Positions 44,862 through 54,017 of a stretch of 64,000 nt of DNA are shown one piece after another. The stretch's first letter is position 1, and each line of letters begins with the position of its first letter. The stretch spans positions 320,002-384,001 of the forward strand of contig CAWFUO010000006.1 in assembly GCA_963819095.1 (NCBI GenBank). The letters run 5' to 3'. Source of the DNA: Candidatus Dormiibacterota bacterium. Lineage in GTDB: Bacteria; Chloroflexota; Dormibacteria; Aeolococcales; Aeolococcaceae. The notes beneath the pieces are model-generated. The model was not told the origin of the DNA and made no database searches. It saw only the letters and a program-made list of their open reading frames with translations. The translations under genes were made by a program, and so were the position numbers.

Positions 44862-46406
44862 ATGCCATCCGACGACCTCTTTGCTGAGCGCCGGCGCAAG
44901 GTCGACGAGCTTGCCACGCAGGGGATTCCGTCCTACGGAGTCGACTTCGCGCCAAGCGCGACCATGGAGCAGGCTCGCCTGCTCCTCAACGCGTACGAGG
45001 CCGACCATCCCGGCGCGGACACCGACGCAGCCGACCGGCCGGTGGTCGCAGTGGCAGGCCGGATCATGCAGCTCCGCGACCTGGGCGGTGCCGCGTTCGC
45101 GCATGTCGAGGACGAGTCGGGCCGCCTGCAGGCGTGGTTTCGCGCCGACCGCCCTGGAGGCGCGCACGCGATGGTCGCCATGCTCGATCTCGGCGACATC
45201 GTCGGCATCAGCGGTCCGATCACGCGCACGCGCCGGGGCGAGCCAACGGTGCTGGTCGACACCGTGACGTTGCTCGTCAAGGCGCTGCACGCGCCGCCGG
45301 AGAAGTTCCACGGTCTCCAGGACCAGGAGACGCGATACCGGAAGCGGTATCTCGATCTGCTCAGCAACGCCTCGCAGCGCCGCCACTTCGCAACCCGCAC
45401 CAGGTTGATTCGCGCGTTGCGCGCCACCCTCGATCAACGCGGCTTTGTGGAGGTCGAGACGCCGATCCTGCAGCCGATCCCGGGAGGCGGTCACGCGCTG
45501 CCGTTCGAGACGCACTGGAACGCGCTGCACACCGATGTGTACCTGCGCATCGCCATCGAGCTGCACCTCAAGCGGCTGATCGTCGGTGGCTACGCGCGCG
45601 TCTACGAGATCGGCCGCGTGTTCCGCAACGAAGGGCTCTCGCCCCGGCACAACCCGGAGTTCACCATGCTCGAGGCGTACCAGGCGTATGCGACGTACGA
45701 CGACATGCGTGAGCTCACCGAGTCGCTGATCACCGCCGCAGCCAACGCTGCCGGACCGCAGGTCGCCGAGGACGTGGAGGGCGGCAGCGCACCGTGCGAG
45801 GATCCGCTGCTGCGCACCGCGTTTGGCCGCTCGCTCGACCTCCGCCCGCCGTATCGCAAGGCCACGATGGTCGACCTGGTGCGTGAGTACACCGGTGTCG
45901 ACGCCCTCGCTTCATGGGACGCGATGCACGAGGCGGCTGCGAAGGTCGGCGTCGAGGCGTCACGCGATCTCGGCCCCGGCGCGGTGCTGCTCGAGATCTA
46001 CGAGCAGCGTGTTGAGGGTGAGCTCTGGGATCCGACCTTCGTGCTCGATTACCCGGCAGAGGTCAGTCCGCTCGCCCGGCGGCGGCGCGACGACCCGCGC
46101 TTTGTCGAGCGATTCGAGCTGATCGTCGCCGGCCGTGAGCTCGCCAACGCGTTCAGCGAGCTCAACGACCCGATCGACCAGCGCGCGCGCTTCGAGGAGC
46201 AGGCACGCCTGCGCGCCGCGGGTGACGCGGAGATTCCGCCCATCGACGAAGACTTTCTCGAGGCGATCGAAGTCGGTATGCCACCCGCCGGCGGTCTCGG
46301 TGTCGGAGTCGACCGTCTCGTGATGCTCCTCACCAACTCGGCGACGATTCGCGACGTCCTGCTGTTCCCGACCATGCGTCCGCAGCATCGCGGCGGAGAC
46401 GTCTGA
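44862..46406 (+). CDS. lysS: lysine--tRNA ligase (class II)
   Basis: OB-fold N-terminus. Class II motifs FRNEG, ELANAFSELNDP, GLGVGVDRLVM. Confidence 0.95.
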   Translation: MPSDDLFAERRRKVDELATQGIPSYGVDFAPSATMEQARLLLNAYEADHPGADTDAADRPVVAVAGRIMQLRDLGGAAFAHVEDESGRLQAWFRADRPGGAHAMVAMLDLGDIVGISGPITRTRRGEPTVLVDTVTLLVKALHAPPEKFHGLQDQETRYRKRYLDLLSNASQRRHFATRTRLIRALRATLDQRGFVEVETPILQPIPGGGHALPFETHWNALHTDVYLRIAIELHLKRLIVGGYARVYEIGRVFRNEGLSPRHNPEFTMLEAYQAYATYDDMRELTESLITAAANAAGPQVAEDVEGGSAPCEDPLLRTAFGRSLDLRPPYRKATMVDLVREYTGVDALASWDAMHEAAAKVGVEASRDLGPGAVLLEIYEQRVEGELWDPTFVLDYPAEVSPLARRRRDDPRFVERFELIVAGRELANAFSELNDPIDQRARFEEQARLRAAGDAEIPPIDEDFLEAIEVGMPPAGGLGVGVDRLVMLLTNSATIRDVLLFPTMRPQHRGGDV

Positions 46407-47662
46407 TGCTGCCGATCCAGCGCATTCGCGACGAGCCGGATGTCGTTCGCGCCGGCGCGCGCCGGAAAGGCGAGACAGCGCCGATCGACGAGTTGCTCGC
46501 AGTCGACGCGGAGGCCCGAACCCTGCGCACCGAGGTGGAGCAGGCGCGAGCCGAGCAACGTTCCTCGTCCGCGAGCGTGCGGGGCAAGCCGTCGGACGAG
46601 CAGCTGGTTGCGTTGACAGCGCTCAAGCAGCGTATCCAGGACGGTGAGGCGACTCTCGCGGAGCTCGAGCAGCGCGTCGAAGCGTTGCTTCTGGAGATCC
46701 CCAATCCACCCCACGACAGTGTTCCCGACGGCGCCGGACCCGAGGACAACGTGGTGGCGCGCACGTGGGGCGATCCACCGCAGTTTGGCTTTCATCCGTT
46801 GCCCCATTACGAGCTCGGCGAGCGTCTTGGCGTGTTCGATTTCGAACGCGCCGTGAAGATCAGTGGCTCTCGCTTCGTGGTGTTGCGCGGTGATGGAGCG
46901 CGTCTTCAACGCGCGCTGACGTCCTTCATGCTCGACGTCGCGCGCGAGCACGGCTACACGGAGATAGCGCCGCCGTTCCTCGTGCGCCGCGAGGCAATGA
47001 TCGGCACTGCGCAGCTCCCCAAGTTCGAGGACGAGGCGTACCACGTAGATGACGGACTGTTCCTGATCCCGACCGCCGAGGTGCCCGTGACCAATCTCTA
47101 CTCCGGTGAGATTCTCGAGGCCGCGCAACTCCCGATCGCCCACGTTGCCCTGACACCGTGCTGGCGTCGCGAGGCCGGCGCTGCGGGAAAGGACACCCGG
47201 GGGTACATCCGCCTGCATCAGTTCGAGAAGGTGGAGATGGTCCGGTTCACCACGCCGGAGACGTCGTTGGACGAGCTCGAGCTGATCACCTCGCATGCCG
47301 AGCACGTCCTGCAACGCCTCGGCCTGCACTGTCGAGTGCTGCTCATGTGCACCGGTGACCTCGGGTTCGCGCAGTGGAAGAAATATGACGTCGAGGTGTG
47401 GGCGCCGGGGCTGAGACAGTGGCTCGAGGTGTCGTCGTGTTCGGTGTTCGCTGACTTCCAGGCGCGACGAGCCAACATCCGCTACCGTCCCGCACCCGGT
47501 GAGAAGCCGCGCCACGTGCACACGCTGAACGGCAGCGCACTCGGCGTGCCACGCACCTTCGACGCGCTCCTCGAGACGTATCAGCAGGAGGACGGCACCG
47601 TGCAGATCCCGGAACCGCTGCGCGGGTATCTCGGTGGCCTCGAACGCCTCACGGCGCCGTGA
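46406..47662 (+). CDS. serS: serine--tRNA ligase
   Basis: TGATG overlap with lysS. Coiled-coil N-terminus. Motifs TAEVP, FRREAGAAGKDTRG, NGSALGVPR. Confidence 0.95.
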   Translation: MLPIQRIRDEPDVVRAGARRKGETAPIDELLAVDAEARTLRTEVEQARAEQRSSSASVRGKPSDEQLVALTALKQRIQDGEATLAELEQRVEALLLEIPNPPHDSVPDGAGPEDNVVARTWGDPPQFGFHPLPHYELGERLGVFDFERAVKISGSRFVVLRGDGARLQRALTSFMLDVAREHGYTEIAPPFLVRREAMIGTAQLPKFEDEAYHVDDGLFLIPTAEVPVTNLYSGEILEAAQLPIAHVALTPCWRREAGAAGKDTRGYIRLHQFEKVEMVRFTTPETSLDELELITSHAEHVLQRLGLHCRVLLMCTGDLGFAQWKKYDVEVWAPGLRQWLEVSSCSVFADFQARRANIRYRPAPGEKPRHVHTLNGSALGVPRTFDALLETYQQEDGTVQIPEPLRGYLGGLERLTAP

Positions 47663-48138
47663 TCAATCACGACATCGACCCGGCCTGGCTCAACGACCGC
47701 AGCGAGTTCCAGCAGAACTGGGTGCACGGGTTGCGCAACCCGACAGGCCTGCACCTTCAGTACGAGCTGGACGGTTCGCTCGTCTTCTCGCACTGGACCC
47801 CGGGTGAGGACCACGCCGGATTCCCCGGCTTCGCGCACGGCGGAATCATCAGCGCGGTGCTCGACGACGTGATGGGCCGCTGCTCCGCATTGCACCGTCA
47901 TTGGGTGGTCACCGGGCGCCTCGAGGTGCGCTTCCGTCGAGCCGCGCCACTCGGAACCCGGCTGCGCGTCGAGGGCCGTATCACGCGGCTCATGCGCCGC
48001 GCGCTGCACACCGAGGGTCGCGTGCTTCTCCCTGACGGCGGCGTCATCGCCGAGGCGACCGGGACATACCTCCCACTCTCCGAGGAACTCCGCAAGCAGA
48101 TGGTCGCGGCGTGGCCCGGATTCGAGGAGTTTCTCTGA
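47659..48138 (+). CDS. PaaI-family hotdog-fold thioesterase
   Basis: GTGA overlap with serS. Motif GFAHGGIISAVLDDVMG. Confidence 0.75.
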   Translation: MINHDIDPAWLNDRSEFQQNWVHGLRNPTGLHLQYELDGSLVFSHWTPGEDHAGFPGFAHGGIISAVLDDVMGRCSALHRHWVVTGRLEVRFRRAAPLGTRLRVEGRITRLMRRALHTEGRVLLPDGGVIAEATGTYLPLSEELRKQMVAAWPGFEEFL

Positions 48139-48145
48139 ACGCGGA

Positions 48146-49279
48146 TCAGCCTGGCAGCGATGCGCGATTCGCGCGCCGTCGCGCCCGGAATCGCGCCTCG
48201 GCCGTCGCCTTCGCCACCTCCTCGACGACGGTTGCCTCCGCCGAGTGGCCCCAGAATCCATGTGGCGCGAGGGTGTACTCGATGAGCTGCTGAAGTCGGT
48301 TGCCGTAGGGGTTGCGCAACTCCTGGAGTCGCCGCCACGTCTCGTCCTTGTCGCGCAACTCCAGCCCGAGATCGTTGAGGCCTTTCCACGCCACCTCGAC
48401 GTTCTCGTGGGTCAATGAGGAAATGTCGGCGGCCTCTTGGGGGATGTGCAGCGCGTCCGCGATGTCGCTCACAGCGCGCCGGCCTCGGCGATACAGGAAA
48501 TACGGCTCGCGAACCTCGGCGCCGACGATTGCCGCGCATGCGAGGGTGGCTGCATCGGTGACCACGCCGAGTGCCGTGATCCACGACTGCCCCGGATGCT
48601 GCGACCGGAACAGCGCCAGCATCGGGTAGGAGGTATGGCTCTCGAGCACCTCAGCCGTCCACATCTCCCAGTCGGAACAGAAGCGATTGAAAAGCTCGAG
48701 ACGTCCGTCGCTGGCGTGCACGGCGATCACTCGGAGCGGAGTGAGCCGTCCGCCGATCGGGTCATCGAGAGTCAAGAGACGCGCCTCGCGGCGGCTGTAC
48801 GCGCCATAGAGGGCAGGGAGATACGAGATCAGCAACGCGATGGTGCCCAACCCACTCAGCGTTTCGATCAATGAGAGGAAACGCACCACCTGCCCGTTCG
48901 CGACGCCAAATGCCGGCGTGAGCAGCGAGGTGCCCGCGTAGTAGGCGAGGTTCACCCAGTCACCCTGACCACCGATGCGCTCGGCGAGGCCCCAGTAAAC
49001 CGACGTCCATCCAACGGCCAGGCCGACGAGCCAGAGAACGAGAAGCCCGAGCAGGGAAAGCGCCGGGTAGACGTTGAGGACGAAATCCCCGCCTCCCGAG
49101 GGGAGACGCGCCGCTGCGGTCCGAGCCCAGCGCCACGTTACGACGTACCAGAGCCTGGTGGGACGCCACGCCGCCGCAGCTCCCCGGGTCACGACCAGCG
49201 TGCCGATCGCGTCCGCCAGCATGAGCAAAACCAAGGCCGCTCCACCCACGAGCGCCACGGCCCGCAGGACCTCAGTCAT
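48146..49279 (-). CDS. membrane protein with a potassium-channel-like pore module (degenerate filter) and a cytoplasmic C-terminal domain
   Basis: Order is TM, TM, pore-helix-like segment, TM, with AYYAGTSLLTPAFGV where channels carry T-x-G-Y/F-G-D. A soluble domain of about 200 aa follows. Confidence 0.5.
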   Translation of the reverse strand: MTEVLRAVALVGGAALVLLMLADAIGTLVVTRGAAAAWRPTRLWYVVTWRWARTAAARLPSGGGDFVLNVYPALSLLGLLVLWLVGLAVGWTSVYWGLAERIGGQGDWVNLAYYAGTSLLTPAFGVANGQVVRFLSLIETLSGLGTIALLISYLPALYGAYSRREARLLTLDDPIGGRLTPLRVIAVHASDGRLELFNRFCSDWEMWTAEVLESHTSYPMLALFRSQHPGQSWITALGVVTDAATLACAAIVGAEVREPYFLYRRGRRAVSDIADALHIPQEAADISSLTHENVEVAWKGLNDLGLELRDKDETWRRLQELRNPYGNRLQQLIEYTLAPHGFWGHSAEATVVEEVAKATAEARFRARRRANRASLPG

Positions 49280-49305
49280 CGACGTGAGTGTATTGGCAGG
49301 GGACA

Positions 49306-49371
49306 GGCGGAGGGGACCCCGGCTCCGGCTTCAACCCGGACTATTCAGCCTCCGCCGGGGTCCCCTCCGCC
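49306..49371. repeat. 66-bp hairpin repeat, copy A (perfect 17-bp stem)
   Basis: GGCGGAGGGGACCCCGG (49306-49322) pairs perfectly with CCGGGGTCCCCTCCGCC (49355-49371). The reverse complement of copy B matches at 61 of 66 positions. Confidence 0.8.
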
Positions 49372-49467
49372 CTTTGCTGAGTTCGGGGCCGAGGCCGAGG
49401 GTGCACGTCGCGGTTACAAGGTCGCTGGTCTTCGACTGACTTCACTCCCCGCTGGTAGGGTCGATGA

Positions 49468-49740
49468 ATGCGATGGTGGCCAGTGTTCGCGGCGATCGGT
49501 GCGGTGATCGCCCTCCTGATCGCACTGGTCCTCGGCACGGCGCGCGGGGTCTGCTACAGCGACAGCGCCCCCTCGTCCTTTGTCTGTCCCGGCGGCGGAG
49601 GCAGCTGTCTCATGCACTGCACCTTCTGGACGCCCGCCTGGCTGATCGGTCCCGTGATCGGCGCCCTGCTTGCCACCATCGCCATCCTCGTACTTCATAC
49701 CGTCACTCAGCGATCGACTAGAACCATCGCTGTTCGTTGA
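49468..49740 (+). CDS. hypothetical 90-aa two-TM protein with a Cys-rich loop
   Basis: GC3-rich ORF. MRWWPVFAAIGAVIALLIALVLG ... CYSDSAPSSFVCPGGGGSCLMHC ... second TM. It lies wholly between the two inverted 66-bp repeats. Confidence 0.45.
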   Translation: MRWWPVFAAIGAVIALLIALVLGTARGVCYSDSAPSSFVCPGGGGSCLMHCTFWTPAWLIGPVIGALLATIAILVLHTVTQRSTRTIAVR

Positions 49741-49850
49741 TGGCTCAACGTGGAGCAATCCACGACTGACGCCGACCACGGTCTGATTCGAGGAGCTCCT
49801 GTAAGCGGAGGGTCTGGAATCTCCGGATGCCGCGTCGAGAGCCAGCGGAG

Positions 49851-49916
49851 GGCGGAGCGGACCCGGGCGGAGGCTGAATAGTCCGGTTTGAGGCTGGAGC
49901 CGGGGTCCCCTCCGCC
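49851..49916. repeat. 66-bp hairpin repeat, copy B (inverted relative to copy A)
   Basis: GGCGGAGCGGACCCGGG ... CCGGGGTCCCCTCCGCC. The loop GGAGGCTGAATAGTCCGG is the reverse complement of the copy A loop. Confidence 0.8.
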
Positions 49917-49974
49917 CGCCAACGGCGCACTTCGCAGTGGCTGGAAGACCAGCGAGGCGCATACAGTGACGACG

Positions 49975-50598
49975 ATGCCTGAGGAACGCGAGATCAAGAT
50001 CCCTGTTGGCACGGACTTCGTGCTCCCCGATCTCGATGGCGTGGTCGAGGGCACTCGGGCGGTGGAGCGTGGGACGGTGGAGCTGTCGGCGACGTACTGG
50101 GACACCGACGACCTGGTCCTGCTCCGCGCCAAGCTCGGCCTTCGCTATCGCAGCGCTCCCGGCGAGCAGGGCAAGTGGACGCTCAAAGCCGGCGATCGGA
50201 TGGTTGGGGACGCCGTGTCACGCGAGGAGACCAACTTCCCGGGGTCGCCCGAGCAGCCGCCCGCGGCCGCCGTCGATGTGATCCGCGGAGTGGTCGGCGA
50301 CGTGACGCTCCAACCGGTCGCGCGGCTCGTGACCGACAGGCACACGGTCGACCTCGTTGCCGGCGATACGCGACGGGCCGAGGTGGCTGACGACCATGTG
50401 TCCATCCGTTCGGGCGACACCACCGTCGAGACCTTTCGAGAGGTCGAGGTGGAGCTCTTCGACGCCGACGCAGCCCTGATCGAGGCGGTGATGTCGCGAC
50501 TCCATGCATCCGGCGTCGGGGAACCTGACAGCACGCCCAAATATGTTCGTGCGCTGCGCGCGCTCGGGCACGAGATCCCGGAGCAGCCTCGCTCCTGA
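49975..50598 (+). CDS. CYTH-domain protein (triphosphate tunnel metalloenzyme)
   Basis: N-terminal EREIKIPV (ExExK) motif, followed by TYWDTDDLVLLRAKLGLRYR. The start is taken at ATG 49975, downstream of repeat copy B. Confidence 0.75.
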   Translation: MPEEREIKIPVGTDFVLPDLDGVVEGTRAVERGTVELSATYWDTDDLVLLRAKLGLRYRSAPGEQGKWTLKAGDRMVGDAVSREETNFPGSPEQPPAAAVDVIRGVVGDVTLQPVARLVTDRHTVDLVAGDTRRAEVADDHVSIRSGDTTVETFREVEVELFDADAALIEAVMSRLHASGVGEPDSTPKYVRALRALGHEIPEQPRS

Positions 50599-50807
50599 GC
50601 GCGCGAGCCAGCCTGCTCTTGGGAGGGGAGGGAAGAGACGTAGCCCGCTCCGCGCGGGCTGCGCTCCCCGTCCGTTGGGACCGGCCCCCCTCAGGCACCC
50701 ATCCCCCTGGCTGGCAACCCCCTCAGATGTGGCCCCTGGGCGAGCATCCTGACAACGCCCGCCTGAGGAGATGGAACCGGCTCACGTCGGCTTCACCGTT
50801 TTTTACC

Positions 50808-50817
50808 GTTTGCAAAC
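50808..50817. promoter_or_regulatory. perfect 10-bp palindrome GTTTGCAAAC, candidate MarR operator
   Basis: It lies in an unusually AT-rich stretch (TTTTTACCGTTTGCAAACAAACATTTGCC) directly upstream of the marR-family gene. Confidence 0.35.
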
Positions 50818-50883
50818 AAACATTTGCCCAGCCAAGCGCTGCGAGCCCCAGGTGGCCCTCTGCATCCCTGTAAAGTCGGAAGG

Positions 50884-51390
50884 GTGACGTTAGCAGCGAA
50901 GGCGGAACCGGAAGCCCGAACGCACGACTTCTTCCAGGACGCCACCATCGACGACCTGCGCCTCGCGGCGATGTTCCGCCGCGGCTTCCGGCAGGCGATG
51001 ATCCAGATCAATCGATCGCTCGCGCAGCACGACCTCAGCCCGCTCCAGTATCACCTGCTCCTCGAGGCCGGGGCTGCCGGGACCCGGGGGTGCGTCCAGG
51101 GCGACCTCGCCGAGCTGATTCAGGCTCCGGAGGCCCGCGTGTCGCTGATGGTTCACGAGCTGAATGCGCGTGGGCTGGTGCGGACGCTTCGCTGCGCTCC
51201 CGACCGGCGCATGGTGCGGGTTGGGCTCACCGAGGCCGGATGCCGGATCGTGGAGGCGGCCCTCCACGCGCAACGCGCGGCGCTGCACCAGATGGCGATG
51301 GACTTCGACGTGCCGGGTGTCGCGCAGATGCTCCGCGGGGCGGTGCAGCTATACCTCGGAGTCGATATTGCCGAGGAAGGCCGCCTCTAG
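50884..51390 (+). CDS. MarR family transcriptional regulator
   Basis: Winged-helix block LSPLQYHLLLEAG...QGDLAELIQAPEARVSLMVHELNARGLVR. The start is uncertain (TTG at 50824 or GTG at 50884). Confidence 0.8.
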   Translation: MTLAAKAEPEARTHDFFQDATIDDLRLAAMFRRGFRQAMIQINRSLAQHDLSPLQYHLLLEAGAAGTRGCVQGDLAELIQAPEARVSLMVHELNARGLVRTLRCAPDRRMVRVGLTEAGCRIVEAALHAQRAALHQMAMDFDVPGVAQMLRGAVQLYLGVDIAEEGRL

Positions 51391-51965
51391 CACCGCGCCG
51401 ACCCGCAGTGCGTAGCGGGGCGCGTTGACGCCCAGCCAGATCGCCTCGCTCCAGTTCGCAGGCTGCCGGATCGCTCGTGCCGGCTCCGCCCAGGCAGCGG
51501 AGAGCTCGTGGGACGGCGTGTCGAGGATCACCCGGATGACCCCGAAGCGCTGCGCGGACTCCGCGGCCGCGGCAGACTCCATGTCCACCGCGACGTGACC
51601 CCGGTCTGCCCACCTCGCACGCTCGGCGCCGGTCACCATGCCTGACGTCGAGATGAGCGACCCGCCCGTCACCGGGAGGCGCAGATAGCGTGCGGCCGCT
51701 CCAGCGCCAGGACCACGCCCGGGTCGCAGGCGTGGGTGACCCCCAGCTCGTCGACCACCTGCGTGGGGATGACCACGGTCCCCGGGGTCTGCTCCGGCAG
51801 CAGACCGCCACAGAGACCGGCGCTGATCACGATTCCCCGCAGCCCGATCGGCGGACGCCCTCCAATACCGACTTGGACGACACGGAGGTGGGGGGCCCGG
51901 CGGCGCACTCCCCACGCCTCCACGCCCATCGCGCAGATGGCATGGACCGAGGCTTCAGGCGGCAT
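51349..51965 (-). pseudogene. hpnG: hopanoid-associated phosphorylase HpnG (nucleoside phosphorylase family), one frame break near 51697
   Basis: The N-terminal frame reads ...GIVISAGLCGGL...DPGVVLALE. The C-terminal frame continues AARYLRLPVTGGSLISTSGMVTG...VAVDMESAA. It overlaps the hpnA stop by 11 nt. Confidence 0.75.
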
Positions 51966-52954
51966 AGCCGTGCTCGCGATACCAGCGCACGGCGCGCCCG
52001 ATGGCGTCGGCGGTGCTTGACGGCCGGTAGCCGAGCTCATCCGTCGCCTTCTCGCTCGACGAGTACATCGGCGAGCCGGCCCATGCGCACGCCCTCGAGC
52101 GGGATGGCCGGCGTTCCGCCGGTCGCCCAGACACGAACCGCATCGACGCGCGCGGCCGCCGCAGCGACCGCGTAGGGGAGCCTGAACGTTCGCTCGGGCC
52201 TGCCTGCAGCTCGTGCGATCAAGCGCCACAGCTCCGCGAGCGTGAGGTTGACACCGCCTGCGATGTAGCGCTCGCCGGCACGTGCCGCGTTCCAGGGCGA
52301 GGACGTGCGCGGTGGCGACGTCCTCGACCGCGACGACATTCATGCCGCCACCGAGCGTGGCTGGCATGCGGCCGCGCATCAGGTCGACGATGATCTTGCC
52401 GGTCGGTGTCGGGCGGTGATCGCCGGGACCGACCGGCGCAGTTGGCAGGACAGTGGCGACGGCGAGCGGCGCGCTGCAGTGCCGCACGTTCCCCGGCGAG
52501 CTTGGACGCGTGGTACGACCAGCCACGGTGATCGCCACTCGCCCAGTCGCTCTCGGTCGCGGGGCGGGACGCCGGCGCCGGTCGCAGCGCGGCAGAGCTC
52601 GACGTCACCACGCAACGCTCCACACCGGCGATGCGCGCGGCCTCGAGGATTCCCGCCGTCCCGCGCACATTCACCACCGCGATCGCGGCACGGTCGCGCG
52701 GCGCAAAGGAGTACAGCGCCGCGGTGTGGACCACGTAGCTGCACTCCCGGAGCACGGGGATCAACACGCCGGGAGTGCGCAGGTCGCCGGTGATGCGCTG
52801 CGACGCCGGGCGGAGCATCCAACGGTCCACGCACGAGCGCGCGCACGCGGTACCCGCGACCGAGCAGCGCCGCGAGCACGTGCGCGCCAACGAACCCCGA
52901 CGCTCCGGTGAGAAACACGTCACCCTCGCCGGGCGCTGCGTGCGCCACGTTCAT
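51955..52954 (-). pseudogene. hpnA: hopanoid-associated sugar epimerase HpnA (NAD-dependent epimerase family), at least four frame breaks
   Basis: The protein can only be assembled from five ORF pieces. These are VFLTGASGFVGAHV..., ITGDLRTPG...YHASKLAGE, PLAVATVLPTAPVGPGDHRPTPTGKII..., RAGERYIAGGVNLTL... and PMYSSSEKATDELGY...WYREHGYAA. Breaks lie near 52797, 52472, 52282 and 52073. Confidence 0.75.
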
Positions 52955-53994
52955 GTCAGTTCAGATGCGGGCTTGGTTCCGCGAGGCCGGAGGCTGTCGC
53001 TGGCTGCACGGATCGATTCGCGCAACGAGGCCGAGGTGGCGACAACAGCAGTCGGTTCGTAACCGCAGTGGGCCATGCAGTTCGAGCAGCGCTCGTCGCG
53101 ACCGCGGCCGTACTTCTCCCACTCGGTGGTCTCGAGCAGCTCGTGGTACGACGACGCATAGCCGTCGGCCATGAGGTAGCAGGGGCGCTGCCAGCCGAGC
53201 ACCGAATAGCTCGGGATACCCCACGCGGTGCAGCTGAAGTCAATCTTTCCCTCGAGGAAGTCGAGGAAGAGTGGGGAGTGATTGAGCCGCCACTTCTTGC
53301 GTCGCCCGTCAGCAAAGGCGTCGCGGAAGATGGCATGGGTGCGCTCGACATTGAGCCAGTGGTCCTGGTCGGGCGCCTTCTCATAGGCATAACCCGGTGA
53401 GATCTGCATGCTGTCGACGTGCACCTCATCGTTGAGGAAGTCGAGCACGCCGCGGATCGAGCTCGCGTCGTCCTGGTCGAAGAACGTCGTGTTGGTGGTC
53501 ACGCGGAAACCAGCCGCCTTGGCGGCCGCGATGGCGGCGATCGCCTTGTCGAACACCCCGGTACGGCAGACCGACTCATCGTGGCGCTCGCGCAACCCGT
53601 CGATATGGACCGAGAAGGAGAAGTAGGGCGACGGTGTGAAGAGGTGCAGCTTCTTCTCGAGCAGGAGCGCATTGGTGCAGAGGTACACGTAGCGCTTGCG
53701 CGCGACCAGCGCGGCGACGATCTGATCGATCTCCTTGTGCACCAGCGGTTCGCCGCCGGCGATCGACACCATCGGCGCCTCGCATTCCTCAACTGCGTCG
53801 ATGCACTGCTGCACCGTGAGCCGCCGCTGCAGGATCGGATCCTCGTGCTGGATCTTGCCGCATCCGGCACACGCGAGATTGCACTGATACAGCGGCTCGA
53901 GCTGCAGCACCAGCGCGAACTTCTCGTTGCGGCGCAGCCGCTGCTTCGCCACGTAGCTTCCAACTCGCATCGCCTGTCGCAGTGGCACCGCCAT
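52951..53994 (-). CDS. hpnH: adenosyl-hopene transferase HpnH (radical SAM)
   Basis: Radical SAM CNLACAGCG motif. Full-length 347 aa with the HpnH-typical C-terminus CSNCMAHCGYEP. Confidence 0.9.
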   Translation of the reverse strand: MAVPLRQAMRVGSYVAKQRLRRNEKFALVLQLEPLYQCNLACAGCGKIQHEDPILQRRLTVQQCIDAVEECEAPMVSIAGGEPLVHKEIDQIVAALVARKRYVYLCTNALLLEKKLHLFTPSPYFSFSVHIDGLRERHDESVCRTGVFDKAIAAIAAAKAAGFRVTTNTTFFDQDDASSIRGVLDFLNDEVHVDSMQISPGYAYEKAPDQDHWLNVERTHAIFRDAFADGRRKKWRLNHSPLFLDFLEGKIDFSCTAWGIPSYSVLGWQRPCYLMADGYASSYHELLETTEWEKYGRGRDERCSNCMAHCGYEPTAVVATSASLRESIRAASDSLRPRGTKPASELT

Positions 53995-54017
53995 GGCTGT
54001 CTCCTTGTTCTCGTGGC

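Noticed and set aside
46049-47521. 490-aa minus-strand ORF antisense to lysS and serS
   Set aside because: It is a shadow ORF, and both tRNA ligase genes are certain.
50599-50770. Possible further copy of the GGAGGGG-type palindromic repeat after the CYTH gene
   Set aside because: Only a short 7-bp hairpin (AGCCCGC/GCGGGCT) and partial complementarity of GGGAGGGGAG with CTCCCCGTCC are present. There is no convincing long stem or core similarity to the other elements.
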